Origin: an uncultured Acidobacteriota bacterium
GTDB taxonomy: Bacteria > Acidobacteriota > Polarisedimenticolia > Polarisedimenticolales > JAIQFR01
Direction of reading: 5' to 3'
Length of the DNA: 64,000 nt
NCBI GenBank assembly: GCA_937864465.1
Contig: CALMJU010000081.1
Coordinates: 10,857-74,856, forward strand
The translations under genes and the position numbers were made by a program. How positions within the stretch are numbered: position 1 is the stretch's first letter; every line of letters begins with the position of its first letter. Shown piece after piece: positions 42,840 to 51,608 of this stretch. Under the pieces are notes generated by a model. It ran no database searches and was not told the origin of the DNA. It saw nothing but the letters and a program-made list of their open reading frames with translations.

Positions 42840-44066
42840 ATGGGTTCGAGGCCCGCCCTCTCGCAGCGCGCCAGGCAGATGCCCTCCTCCCCCATCCGGA
42901 GGCTCGCTCCGCACGCCGTGGAGGCGAGGAGAGCAGGGAAGACGGTCTACCCGCTGAACATCGGCCAGCCCGACATCCCGACTCCGAAGGAGGTCCTCGA
43001 CCGCCTCCGCTCGTTCTCGGAGCGGAACGTCGCGTACGGCCCCTCCCAGGGCCTTCCGGAGTTCCTCGAGGCGCTCCGCGACTACTACCGGCGCGCCGGC
43101 ATCCCCGCGGCCGTCGAGGACATCTTCGTGACGACCGGGGGCAGCGAGGCGATCTTCTTCGTGCTCTCCGCCGTCGGCGATCCCGGCGACGAGGCGATCG
43201 TCTTCGAGCCCTTCTACACGAACTACAACGGGTTCGCCGCCCTCGCCGGCGTGCGGCTCGTCCCGGTGACGACGCGCGCCGAGGACGGCTATCACCTGCC
43301 GGACCGGCGCGCCGTCGAGGCGAAGATCGGTCCGCGCACGCGTGCGATCCTGGTCTGCTCGCCCAACAACCCGACCGGCACCGTCTACACGGACGCCGAG
43401 ATGGAGATGCTCGCGTCCATCGCGAGAGACCGCGGCCTCTTCCTCGTCTGCGACGAGGTGTACCGCGAGTTCGCCTACGACGGCCGCCGCCAGCGCTCTG
43501 TGCTCACGCTCGAGGGGATCGAGGACCGGGCCGTGATGGTGGACAGCCTCTCGAAGCGGATCTCGGTGTGCGGGATCCGCATCGGGAACATCGTCTGCAG
43601 GAACCGGGACCTCATGGCCGCCGTCCTCAAGTTCGGCCAGGCGCGCCTCTGCCCCCCCACGCTCGGACAGTACGCGGCCTGCGCCCTCGGCGACGTCCCT
43701 CCGTCCTACATCGAGGGGGTGATCCGCGAGTACCAGCGCCGCCGCGACGTCGTCTTCGAGGCCCTCTCGGGCGCGCCCGGCGTCCTGGTCCGCAAGCCGG
43801 AGGGGGCCTTCTATCTCTGCGCCCGCCTCCCGATCGACGACGCGGAGCGCTTCTCGATCTTCCTCCTCCGGGATTTCTCCGCGGGCGGTGAGACCGTGAT
43901 GCTGGCGCCGGCCGACGGCTTCTACGCGACGCCCGGCCTCGGGAAGGACGAGGTCCGGATCGCGTACGTGCTGGAGGAGAAGAAGCTCGCGAGGGCGATG
44001 GAAATTCTCGGCGCCGCGCTCCTCGCCTACCCCGGGCGCGCCGTCGGCGCGCTTCCGGCGCGATGA
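42840..44066 (+). CDS. class I/II pyridoxal-phosphate aminotransferase (aspartate aminotransferase-like)
   Basis: 408 aa. It contains MPSSPIRRL, LNIGQPD, SPNNPTG, and SLSKRISVCGIRIG (PLP Lys). Confidence 0.92.
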   Translation: MGSRPALSQRARQMPSSPIRRLAPHAVEARRAGKTVYPLNIGQPDIPTPKEVLDRLRSFSERNVAYGPSQGLPEFLEALRDYYRRAGIPAAVEDIFVTTGGSEAIFFVLSAVGDPGDEAIVFEPFYTNYNGFAALAGVRLVPVTTRAEDGYHLPDRRAVEAKIGPRTRAILVCSPNNPTGTVYTDAEMEMLASIARDRGLFLVCDEVYREFAYDGRRQRSVLTLEGIEDRAVMVDSLSKRISVCGIRIGNIVCRNRDLMAAVLKFGQARLCPPTLGQYAACALGDVPPSYIEGVIREYQRRRDVVFEALSGAPGVLVRKPEGAFYLCARLPIDDAERFSIFLLRDFSAGGETVMLAPADGFYATPGLGKDEVRIAYVLEEKKLARAMEILGAALLAYPGRAVGALPAR

Positions 44067-44092
44067 GCGCCTCCCGCATCGAGGGACCATCC

Positions 44093-44926
44093 ATGCATCC
44101 CGTCGTCTCGAACACGAAGCTGTCGCCGAATGTCGTCCGGCTGGTCGTCGAGGCCCGGCGCGTCGCGGAGATCCGCCGGCCCGGGCAGTTCGTCATCGTC
44201 CGGATGGCGCCGGGCGCGGAGCGGATCCCCCTCACGATCGCGGACGCCGACCGGGAGGCCGGCACGATCGCCCTCGTGATCCAGGCGGTGGGGAGGAGCA
44301 CGACCGAGCTCTGCGCCCTCCGGCCGGGCGATTCCGTCCGGGACATCGCGGGCCCGCTCGGCCGCCCGACCGAGCTCATCGCCTCGGGCCGGGCGGTCTG
44401 CGTCGGAGGCGGGGTCGGCACCGCGGTCGTCCATCCGATCGCGCAAGCCCTGCACCGGGCCGGCGTCGAGGTCACGAGCATCATCGGAGGCCGGTCCCGC
44501 GAGTGGGTGATCTACGAGCGCGAGCTCGCGGAGCACGGCGAGGTGATCGTCTGCACGGACGACGGAAGCTACGGGCGTCCGGGGTTCGTCACCGAGGCCC
44601 TTCGGGACGTCCTCGCGGCCGGGACGATCGACGCCGTGTACGCCGTGGGACCGGTGCCGATGATGCAGGCGGTCGTCGCGATGACCCGTCCCCTCGGCGT
44701 CCACACCATCGTCTCGCTCAACCCGATCATGGTGGACGGCACCGGGATGTGCGGGGGATGCCGGGTCACCGTCGGCGGAGAGCCCCGCTACGCGTGCGTG
44801 GACGGCCCGGAGTTCGACGGGCACCTCGTCGATTTCGACGAGCTCCGGGATCGCCTCACGACCTACCGGGACTTCGAGCGGGCCGCGCTCGAGCGACTCG
44901 ACCACGACTGCAAGCTCGGATCCTGA
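44093..44926 (+). CDS. nfnA: ferredoxin-NADP+ reductase-fold FAD/[2Fe-2S] subunit (NfnA / SudB-like)
   Basis: MHPVVSNTKLSPNVVRLVVEARRVAEIRRPGQFVIV..., GGGVGTA, and the C-terminal Cys cluster CGGCRV...C. The start is set at ATG 44093 (GAGGGA SD). An in-frame ATG at 44063, overlapping the aminotransferase stop (ATGA), is the alternative used by the ORF track. Confidence 0.85.
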   Translation: MHPVVSNTKLSPNVVRLVVEARRVAEIRRPGQFVIVRMAPGAERIPLTIADADREAGTIALVIQAVGRSTTELCALRPGDSVRDIAGPLGRPTELIASGRAVCVGGGVGTAVVHPIAQALHRAGVEVTSIIGGRSREWVIYERELAEHGEVIVCTDDGSYGRPGFVTEALRDVLAAGTIDAVYAVGPVPMMQAVVAMTRPLGVHTIVSLNPIMVDGTGMCGGCRVTVGGEPRYACVDGPEFDGHLVDFDELRDRLTTYRDFERAALERLDHDCKLGS

Positions 44927-44945
44927 GCGCCGCCGAGGTACGACC

Positions 44946-46379
44946 ATGTCCGAACCCCGTCCGCTGACCCCGAAGGAGCGCATGGCGATCGAGCGCCAGC
45001 GCATGCCCGAGCAGGACCCGAGCGCCCGGCGAGCCAACTTCGAGGAGGTCAATCTCGGATACCCCGAGCGGCTGGCTATGCTCGAGGCCGAGCGCTGTCT
45101 TCGCTGCAAGACCGCCAAATGCGTGGAGGGGTGCCCCGTGGCCGTGGACATCCCTCTCTTCGTGCGCCACCTGGCGGAAGGGAACCTGCCCGCGGCGGCC
45201 TCGGTTCTCCTGCGGGACAACGCCCTTCCCGCCGTCACCGGTCGCGTCTGCCCCCAGGAGACCCAGTGCGAGGCGGTCTGCATCCGCGCCAACCGGGGCA
45301 CGCCGGTCGCCATCGGCTACCTCGAGCGCTACGTGGCCGACTGGGCCCGCACGCACGAGGAGGGGGTGACCTACGAGCCCGCGCCCCCGTCCGGCAAGAG
45401 GGTGGCCGTGATCGGGTCGGGGCCGGGCGGCCTGACGGCAGCCGGGGAGCTGAGCCAGCTGGGCCACGACGTCACGATCTACGAGGCGTTCCACGCCCCC
45501 GGCGGCGTGCTCGTCTACGGGATTCCGGAGTTCCGCCTCCCCAAGGAGATCGTCCACCAGGAGGTCGAGCGACTCGTCCGGCGCGGAGTTCGGATCGAGT
45601 ACAACGCCGTGATCGGGAAGAGCTACACGCTCGTGGAGCTCCGCCGGATGTACGACGCGGTCTTCGTCGCCGTGGGCGCCGGCCTCCCCGTCTTCATGAG
45701 CGTGCCCGGCGAGAACCTCAAGGGGGTCTACTCCGCCAACGAGTACCTGACCCGCGTCAACCTGATGGGAGCATGGGCCGAGTCCTCGCGGACACCCGTG
45801 CTGCGCGCGAGGCGCGTCGCGGTCGTCGGCGGCGGAAACGTCGCCATGGATTCCGTGCGCACCGCCAAGCGGCTCGGCGCCGAGGACGCGGTGATCGTCT
45901 ACCGCCGGAGCCTCAAGGAGATGCCCGCCCGAGTCGAGGAGGTGCACCACGCCGAGGAGGAGGGCATCCGCTTCGAGTTCCTCGTCGCGCCCGTGGAGGT
46001 CGTCGGGGACGAGCGGGGGTGGGTCTCCGGCCTGCGCTGCGTGCGCATGGAGCTGGGCGAGCCGGACGCCTCCGGCCGGCGTCGCCCGGTCGCGATCGAG
46101 GGGTCCGAGTTCCTCATCCCGTGCGAGGCCGTCGTGGTCGCGATCGGGACGAAGGCCAACCCGCTGCTGACGTCCACCAGCCCCGATCTGCGGCTGAACC
46201 GCTGGGGCTACATCGAGGTGGACTCGAACGGGATGACGAGCATGCCCGGCGTGTTCGCCGGGGGGGACATCGTGCGCGGAGCGGCCACCGTGATCCTCGC
46301 GATGGGCGACGGGAAGGCGGCCGCCAGGGCGATCGACGCCTACCTCGCCGGCAAGCCGTCCCTCCCGGTCGTTCCCTGA
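44946..46379 (+). CDS. nfnB: GltD-like NADPH-dependent oxidoreductase subunit (NfnB / SudA-like; two [4Fe-4S] motifs plus FAD/NAD(P) folds)
   Basis: 477 aa. It contains CLRCKTAKCVEGCPV and CPQETQCEAVC, the dinucleotide folds VAVIGSGPGGLTAA and VAVVGGGNVAMD, and GVFAGGD. Confidence 0.9.
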   Translation: MSEPRPLTPKERMAIERQRMPEQDPSARRANFEEVNLGYPERLAMLEAERCLRCKTAKCVEGCPVAVDIPLFVRHLAEGNLPAAASVLLRDNALPAVTGRVCPQETQCEAVCIRANRGTPVAIGYLERYVADWARTHEEGVTYEPAPPSGKRVAVIGSGPGGLTAAGELSQLGHDVTIYEAFHAPGGVLVYGIPEFRLPKEIVHQEVERLVRRGVRIEYNAVIGKSYTLVELRRMYDAVFVAVGAGLPVFMSVPGENLKGVYSANEYLTRVNLMGAWAESSRTPVLRARRVAVVGGGNVAMDSVRTAKRLGAEDAVIVYRRSLKEMPARVEEVHHAEEEGIRFEFLVAPVEVVGDERGWVSGLRCVRMELGEPDASGRRRPVAIEGSEFLIPCEAVVVAIGTKANPLLTSTSPDLRLNRWGYIEVDSNGMTSMPGVFAGGDIVRGAATVILAMGDGKAAARAIDAYLAGKPSLPVVP

Positions 46380-47416
46380 CCGCCGGACGCCGCGCGAGCC
46401 TCGAGCGCCTCGTCGAGTGCGGAGAGAACCTCCTCCGCACCGATCTCCCGCATGCAGCGGAAGTGCCCCAGCGGGCATCGATCGGGGCCGTGCCGATCGC
46501 ACGGGCGGCACGGGAGCCCGGGGCGCTCGACGACCCGGTTTCCGTCCCCGAAGGGGGCGTATCCGAACGCCGGGACGGTGGGACCGAACACCGTCACGAC
46601 CGGAGTCCCGACCGCGGAGGCCACATGGCCGGATCCGCTGTCGTTCGAGACCAGCGCCTCCGAGGCCCCAAGGACCGCCGCGAGATCCGGAATCGTCATC
46701 CGCCCTGCGAGCACCGCCGCGCCCACGCCCGCGGCCTCCGCGATCTCCCGGCACAGCGGCCGCTCTTCTCCCGAGCCGACGAGAACTGCCGCGAGCCCTC
46801 TCTCCGCCGAGCCCCGGAGCACCGCCGCGAACCCCGAGGGAAGCCAGCGCTTGGTTCCCCACACCGACCCGGGGGCGACCGCCAGCAGGCGCGCCCCCTC
46901 GGGAACCCCGCACTCCCGGAGCCGCTCCGCGATCCTCTCCCCCGCGCCCGCGAGAACCTCCAGCCGGGGACGGGGATCCGCCCCTTCGGGGCTTCCCCCG
47001 AGCGGCCGGGCCAGATCCAGGTACCGCGAAACCGCATGCCCCTCGGCCCTCCACGGAACCGCTTCCGTGTAGGCGAAGGCGCCCGGCGCTCCCCGGAAGC
47101 CGATCCTGTGGGGGGCTCCCGACAACCGGACGAGGAGCCCCGTCCGCGCCGATCGTTGAGCGGCCACCGCGGCGTCCGCGCCTTGCAGGCGCCCCGCGAG
47201 CGCGACCATCGCGAGCGGTCCCCTTCCCCGACCTCTCTTGTCGAATCTCTCGACGTCGTCGAGGAAAGGCTGGCCCTCGAGCGCCTCGGCCCCGACCGGC
47301 GTGGCGACGACGGAGATCCGCGCCTCGGGATGCGCGCGACGCAACTCCGCGAGCAGGGGCGTCGTGAGAACGACGTCGCCCAGGAACGCCGTCTGGACGA
47401 CGACGATCCGCCTCAT
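46340..47416 (-). CDS. glycosyltransferase family 9 (LPS heptosyltransferase-like)
   Basis: 358 aa from ATG 47416, which overlaps the upstream stop (ATGA): MRRIVVVQTAFLGDVVLTTPLL..., GSVWGTKRW, and LVSNDSGSGHVASAVGTP. The 3' end overlaps nfnB by 40 nt (convergent). Confidence 0.9.
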   Translation of the reverse strand: MRRIVVVQTAFLGDVVLTTPLLAELRRAHPEARISVVATPVGAEALEGQPFLDDVERFDKRGRGRGPLAMVALAGRLQGADAAVAAQRSARTGLLVRLSGAPHRIGFRGAPGAFAYTEAVPWRAEGHAVSRYLDLARPLGGSPEGADPRPRLEVLAGAGERIAERLRECGVPEGARLLAVAPGSVWGTKRWLPSGFAAVLRGSAERGLAAVLVGSGEERPLCREIAEAAGVGAAVLAGRMTIPDLAAVLGASEALVSNDSGSGHVASAVGTPVVTVFGPTVPAFGYAPFGDGNRVVERPGLPCRPCDRHGPDRCPLGHFRCMREIGAEEVLSALDEALEARAASGGQGTTGRDGLPAR

Positions 47417-48381
47417 CGTTTCGCGGCGGCGCGGCGGCCCCGCTCGATCGCGACGGCGGCGGCGAGCAGCGGGACCTGGATCTCGTGATGGCCGACCAGG
47501 GCGAACGACCGCCCCCTTCCGAGGACCGGCCGCCGGAGGACGTTCTCCTCCGTCCGGTAATGCCGGACCATGTCCAGATTCGCGGTGACGAACGCAGGGA
47601 GCCGCCCCCCGAGGTTCTCGGCGACCGAGAGCGCCTTCAGGAACACCTCCGGGAGCTGGACTGCGGAACCGCAGTTGATCCAGACCCCCCCCGCAAGCCC
47701 CCTCACGACCGATACGAGACGCCGGAAGTCGGTGTGCGTCGCCGCGCCGATCGCGGCGCCGTCCGCCGAGGGATGCTGATGCACGATGTCGCTTCCGATC
47801 GCCACGTGCACCGTCGCCGGGATCCCCAGATCCCACGCGCGAGCGAGGATGCTCGATCCGGCGTGCGGCCGACCGGACTCCACGATCCGCCGTCCGAGAG
47901 CCTCGCCCAGCCCCTCCTCCCCTGCGGCGGCTTCGGCCGCAGCCTCGCTCATCTCCCGGCCCGTCTCCTCGGCCATGCCGAAGCGCCCGAGGGACAGCGA
48001 CGCGGCGACGTCCTCGGAGGTCGCGCCGATCGCCGCGATCTCCCAGTCGTGGATCGCCCCGGCGCCGTTCAGCGCCAGCGCTCCGATCTCTCCCCTCTCC
48101 ATCATTCCGATCAGCACCGGCGAGAGGCCGACCTTGATCACGTGGGCCCCGATCGCCCAGACGATCGTCCTCGCCCCGTCCGCGGCCTCGGCCACGGCCG
48201 CCGCGAGGTCCCGGAGAGTCCCCGCCGCCAGCGAGGCGGGGAGCCCGTCGAGGAACGCTGCGAGGCTGGCTTGCGGGTCCACGGGACGGGCGAAATCCGC
48301 CACCGTCACCTTGTTCCGCCTCTCCGCCAAAGGATAGGTCCGCACCTTGGAGAGATCGGCCGGGGGAACGCGCTCGCGCAT
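47413..48381 (-). CDS. conserved protein, tentatively deoxyhypusine synthase-like (DS fold); function unknown
   Basis: 322 aa from ATG 48381, with a GGAGG SD. TIVWAIGAHVIKVGLSPVLIGMMERGEIGALALNGAGAIHDWEIA resembles, from my memory of the family, the DHS nucleotide-binding core. The family call is not verified. Confidence 0.7.
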   Translation of the reverse strand: MRERVPPADLSKVRTYPLAERRNKVTVADFARPVDPQASLAAFLDGLPASLAAGTLRDLAAAVAEAADGARTIVWAIGAHVIKVGLSPVLIGMMERGEIGALALNGAGAIHDWEIAAIGATSEDVAASLSLGRFGMAEETGREMSEAAAEAAAGEEGLGEALGRRIVESGRPHAGSSILARAWDLGIPATVHVAIGSDIVHQHPSADGAAIGAATHTDFRRLVSVVRGLAGGVWINCGSAVQLPEVFLKALSVAENLGGRLPAFVTANLDMVRHYRTEENVLRRPVLGRGRSFALVGHHEIQVPLLAAAVAIERGRRAAAKR

Positions 48382-48454
48382 CGTGACCTCCTGCGCGAAG
48401 GATACCGCGCCCCGGCGCCCCTCCCAAGCTCCCGCGCCCCGCGGCAGCCGCCCC

Positions 48455-48853
48455 TCACCGCCGGCGCGCGGCGTCCTCCCTGCGCGACGGCATGAGGCGA
48501 TGGAGGAGGCCCGCCGCCGCCACGGCCAGACCGGCGCCGACGGCGTCCGCCAGAAGATCCCCGCCGCTCGCGAATCTCCCCGGGACGAACGCCTGGTGGA
48601 GCTCCTCGAAGGCCCCGTACGCGACCGCGCCCAGAGCGCCGGCCGCGGCAAGCGCGGGCCGGAACCGGCCGAGCCCGCCGTGCAGCGCCCGGATGACGAG
48701 GAGCGCGAGACCCGCGTACGCTCCCGCGTGCAGCGCCTTGTCCCACACGCCGGCGAGCACGCCGGGGAGCGAGGCGCTACCGGAGAAATGGAACAGCACG
48801 GCGGCGTACACCGCCACCGGGCCCCAGCGCCAGAACGCTCGCACGGCTCTCAA
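48455..48853 (-). CDS. VanZ-like family membrane protein
   Basis: 132 aa from TTG 48853. It has hydrophobic segments plus WDKALHAGAY...EELHQAFVPGRFASGGDLLADAVG, a VanZ-like pattern. Confidence 0.8.
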   Translation of the reverse strand: MRAVRAFWRWGPVAVYAAVLFHFSGSASLPGVLAGVWDKALHAGAYAGLALLVIRALHGGLGRFRPALAAAGALGAVAYGAFEELHQAFVPGRFASGGDLLADAVGAGLAVAAAGLLHRLMPSRREDAARRR

Positions 48854-49023
48854 CGCGGGAACGCGTACATCAGGTAAGCGAGGACCAGGGTCCCGCCCAC
48901 CATCGTCGCCCAGATCATGGAACCCAGGCGGAACCGATCCCTCGCGCCGCGCCTCGCGAGCACCCCGAAGAAGGTGGAGACCACCGTCGAGTACAGCAGG
49001 AGGTGCAGGAGATGGCTTCGCAC
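48850..49023 (-). CDS. candidate small two-helix membrane protein (57 codons, below the ORF-track cutoff)
   Basis: My own translation from GTG 49023 gives (V)RSHLLHLLLYSTVVSTFFGVLARRGARDRFRLGSMIWATMVGGTLVLAYLMYAFPR. Its stop overlaps the VanZ TTG start (TTGA). Its start lies 1 nt after the upstream gene's stop. I have no homology evidence. Confidence 0.4.
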   Translation of the reverse strand: MRSHLLHLLLYSTVVSTFFGVLARRGARDRFRLGSMIWATMVGGTLVLAYLMYAFPR

Positions 49024-49024
49024 G

Positions 49025-49501
49025 TCAGGCCTTCCTGCCTCGGCCGATGTCCCACACGTCGAAGAGGAGCAGGAGGTTCATCAGGCCGGCGGTCCACAGG
49101 TACGCGGTCCCGTACATCGACAGCGCGGACCTCGTCCGATCCCGAAAGATCACGAGGCGACGCGACGACGGGTCCTGCGGCATCGAGTACGCGATCTCTC
49201 CGTAGACCGCCCACCGGGCCGCCGGGTCCGCGGGCCCGACGCCCGCGTTGGCCACGATCTGAAGCGTCGTCAGCACGCTCTGCCGCGGGTCGCGAAGCGC
49301 CAGGCGGCCGTCGTGGGCGAGCCCCAGGGCGAACGACCCGGCGATCAGCACGAAGAAGAGGATCCCGCGCCGCACCCGCCCGAGGACCACGTGCCCCAGG
49401 CCGGGCACGGCCCAGGCCAGCGCGACCGCGAGCAGCGTCTTCCCGCGGGAGAAGGCCCCCGCGGCGTCCGCGCCGGCATCCCGCGGCCCGCCGCCGGCCA
49501 C
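49025..49501 (-). CDS. hypothetical polytopic membrane protein
   Basis: 158 aa from GTG 49501, 4 nt after the rplI stop. Hydrophobic segments include TLLAVALAWAVPGLGHVVLG, GILFFVLIAGSFALGLA, and GTAYLWTAGLMNLLLLF. I recognise no family with confidence. Confidence 0.7.
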   Translation of the reverse strand: MAGGGPRDAGADAAGAFSRGKTLLAVALAWAVPGLGHVVLGRVRRGILFFVLIAGSFALGLAHDGRLALRDPRQSVLTTLQIVANAGVGPADPAARWAVYGEIAYSMPQDPSSRRLVIFRDRTRSALSMYGTAYLWTAGLMNLLLLFDVWDIGRGRKA

Positions 49502-49505
49502 GCGC

Positions 49506-49955
49506 CTACTCCTTCTCCGCGACGACCCGGAGAGGCAGCCTCGCCGTGACCTGCCGGTGCACCTTGATCGGAATCTCGAACGTGCCCAGCGTCCGGATCG
49601 GCTCGTCGAGGTGCAGCTTCCGCCGGTCCACCTCGAATCCGCGGGCGGCGAGGAGCTCCGCGATCTCGGAGCTCGTGACCGACCCGTACAGCGTCTCGTT
49701 CTCCCCCGCCTTCTTCGCCACCACGATGTCCAGGGCCTCGATGCGCTCCGCGAGCGCCCTGGCCTCCGCGATCTCCCTTCCCTCGCGCGCGATCCACACC
49801 TTCTTCTGCAGCTCGAACGTGCGCAGGTTCCCCGGCGTGGCCTCGAGCGCCAGTCCCTTCGGGAGCAGGTAGTTGCGGGCGAAACCGGGAGCGACGTTGA
49901 CGATCTGACCCCGCTCTCCGAGGTGCTCGACGTCCTGGCGCAGCACGACCTTCAC
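49506..49955 (-). CDS. rplI: 50S ribosomal protein L9
   Basis: 149 aa from GTG 49955, with a GGAGGGAGGA SD: (M)KVVLRQDVEHLGERGQIVNVAPGFARNYLLPKGLA. Confidence 0.96.
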   Translation of the reverse strand: MKVVLRQDVEHLGERGQIVNVAPGFARNYLLPKGLALEATPGNLRTFELQKKVWIAREGREIAEARALAERIEALDIVVAKKAGENETLYGSVTSSEIAELLAARGFEVDRRKLHLDEPIRTLGTFEIPIKVHRQVTARLPLRVVAEKE

Positions 49956-49973
49956 GGTGTGTCCTCCCTCCGC

Positions 49974-50273
49974 CTAGTCGCTCGTGAAGGGCAGCAGCGC
50001 GATGTTCCGGGCCCGCTTGATCGCCCGCATCAGCTGCCGCTGATGGGTCGCGCAGGTCCCCGAGATCCTGCGCGGAAGCACCTTCGCCCGCTCCGGCACG
50101 TAGTTCTGGAGCGTGCGCAGGTCCTTGTAGTCGATCCACCGCGCCTTGTCCTCGCAGAACTTGCAGTACTTCCGCCTGCGGAACAGGAACCGCCGCCGCC
50201 CGCTTCCCCGACCCGGCCTCGACCTCGGCCCGGCGTCGCCCCCGCCGCCCCTTCCGTCTCTCGTGTCGTTCAT
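49974..50273 (-). CDS. rpsR: 30S ribosomal protein S18 (Gly/Arg-rich N-terminal extension)
   Basis: 99 aa from ATG 50273: ...[65 protein letters not shown]. Confidence 0.96.
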   Translation of the reverse strand: MNDTRDGRGGGGDAGPRSRPGRGSGRRRFLFRRRKYCKFCEDKARWIDYKDLRTLQNYVPERAKVLPRRISGTCATHQRQLMRAIKRARNIALLPFTSD

Positions 50274-50311
50274 CTTCGCGATCCTCCCGGCCCGCTCCCG
50301 CGGGGACCCGG

Positions 50312-50806
50312 TCAGGCCCTGTCGTCGCCCTCCGGCGGAGCCGCCTCGGCCTCCGCCGCCTCGGCCCCCTCCGCATCGGAGGCGCCCGGCGCCTCGCTCC
50401 GCCCCTCGGGAGCGCCCTCCGGGCCCTCGATGCCGGCGGCCAGCGCCTCCGCACGGGCCGCTTCCGCCTCGGCGCGAGCCTGTGCGTCCTTCACCGCCTG
50501 CTCCTTCGCGGCAACCGCCCAGTCGTCCTCGAGCCGCACCGTCATGTGGCGCAGAACGCGATCCGAGATCCGGAGGCGGCGCTCGAGCTCCCGCGGCAGC
50601 GAGGGATCGCTGTCGTAGAGGAACCGCGTGTAGATTCCGTCCTCGTTCTTCTTGATGGGGTAGGCGAGACGCCGCCGTCCCATGCGGTCGTTCGCGACCA
50701 GGACTCCGCGCTCGGCGACCAGCTGGCTCAGCGGCCCGACGGTCCCGCTCTCTTCCTCGTCGCTCAGGTTCGGAAGGGTGATGAAGATGGTCTCGTACGT
50801 CGGCAA
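50312..50806 (-). CDS. rpsF: 30S ribosomal protein S6 (long Ala/Glu-rich C-terminal tail)
   Basis: 164 aa from TTG 50806, with a GGAGG SD 6 nt upstream: (M)[18 protein letters not shown]...[20 protein letters not shown]. Confidence 0.93.
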   Translation of the reverse strand: MPTYETIFITLPNLSDEEESGTVGPLSQLVAERGVLVANDRMGRRRLAYPIKKNEDGIYTRFLYDSDPSLPRELERRLRISDRVLRHMTVRLEDDWAVAAKEQAVKDAQARAEAEAARAEALAAGIEGPEGAPEGRSEAPGASDAEGAEAAEAEAAPPEGDDRA

Positions 50807-50905
50807 CGCGCACCTCCTCACGGCGTTCCGCCCCCGGTCCTTTCGCCGGGAGCAAGGGGTGCCGGATTCCTCCCCGCCGGCTCGCGCCGGCGCGGGAAAG
50901 CCTGA

Positions 50906-50935
50906 ACGATAGCACCGGTCCGTCGGGGCCGCCAA
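50906..50935 (-). promoter_or_regulatory. candidate sigma70-type promoter for rpsF-rpsR-rplI and downstream genes
   Basis: The minus strand reads TTGGCG (50935-50930), an 18-nt spacer, then TATCGT (50911-50906). The -10 is preceded by TGC (extended -10-like). It lies about 100 nt upstream of the rpsF start. Confidence 0.4.
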
Positions 50936-50952
50936 CCCCGGCCTCCGCGGTC

Positions 50953-51546
50953 TCAGGCGCCGGCTCCCGCCCGCAGGCCGTGAAAACGGCCCCTCGCGCT
51001 CTCGACCCCCTCGGCGAGGACGGCCTCGACGGCCTCGGCTCCGAGGACCACGAGCCGCTCGACGACCGGCCGCTCCTCCGGATCGAAGTCCGCCAGGACG
51101 TAGTCGGCGAGCTCGGCCGACTCGCGCCCCACCCCCCGGACACCGAGACGGATCCTCGCAAACTCCCTCGTCCCAAGCGCGTCGATCAGCGAGCGAACGC
51201 CGTTGTGCCCCCCGGCCCCCCCCTCCGGCAGGATCCGGATCCGCCCGAGGTCGAGGTCCGCCTCGTCGTGGACGACCAGGAGTTCTCCCGGCCCCGCCCC
51301 GCAGGCGCCGAGCAGCGCCAGGGCGGCCCGGCCGGAGCGGTTCATGTACGTCCTCGGCTTCGCGAGGATGGAGTCCTGCTCTCCCGCCCGGAACCGCGCC
51401 GTCTCGCACACGCCCCCGAGCCCCGGCTCGCGCACGAACCTCGCCCCCGCGCGGGACGCGAGGAGATCCGCGACGCGAAACCCGATGTTGTGGCGATTCC
51501 CCGCGTAGCGGGCCCCGGGATTGCCCAGGGCGAGGACGACCTTCAA
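50953..51546 (-). CDS. pth: peptidyl-tRNA hydrolase
   Basis: 197 aa from TTG 51546, with a GGAGG SD: (M)[22 protein letters not shown]..., YMNRSG, and GGHNGVRS. Confidence 0.95.
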   Translation of the reverse strand: MKVVLALGNPGARYAGNRHNIGFRVADLLASRAGARFVREPGLGGVCETARFRAGEQDSILAKPRTYMNRSGRAALALLGACGAGPGELLVVHDEADLDLGRIRILPEGGAGGHNGVRSLIDALGTREFARIRLGVRGVGRESAELADYVLADFDPEERPVVERLVVLGAEAVEAVLAEGVESARGRFHGLRAGAGA

Positions 51547-51608
51547 CGGCTCCTCCGCGGCACGGGAGAGCGTCCCGCCCCATGGGCGGGGACGGCCGTC
51601 CCGGCCGC

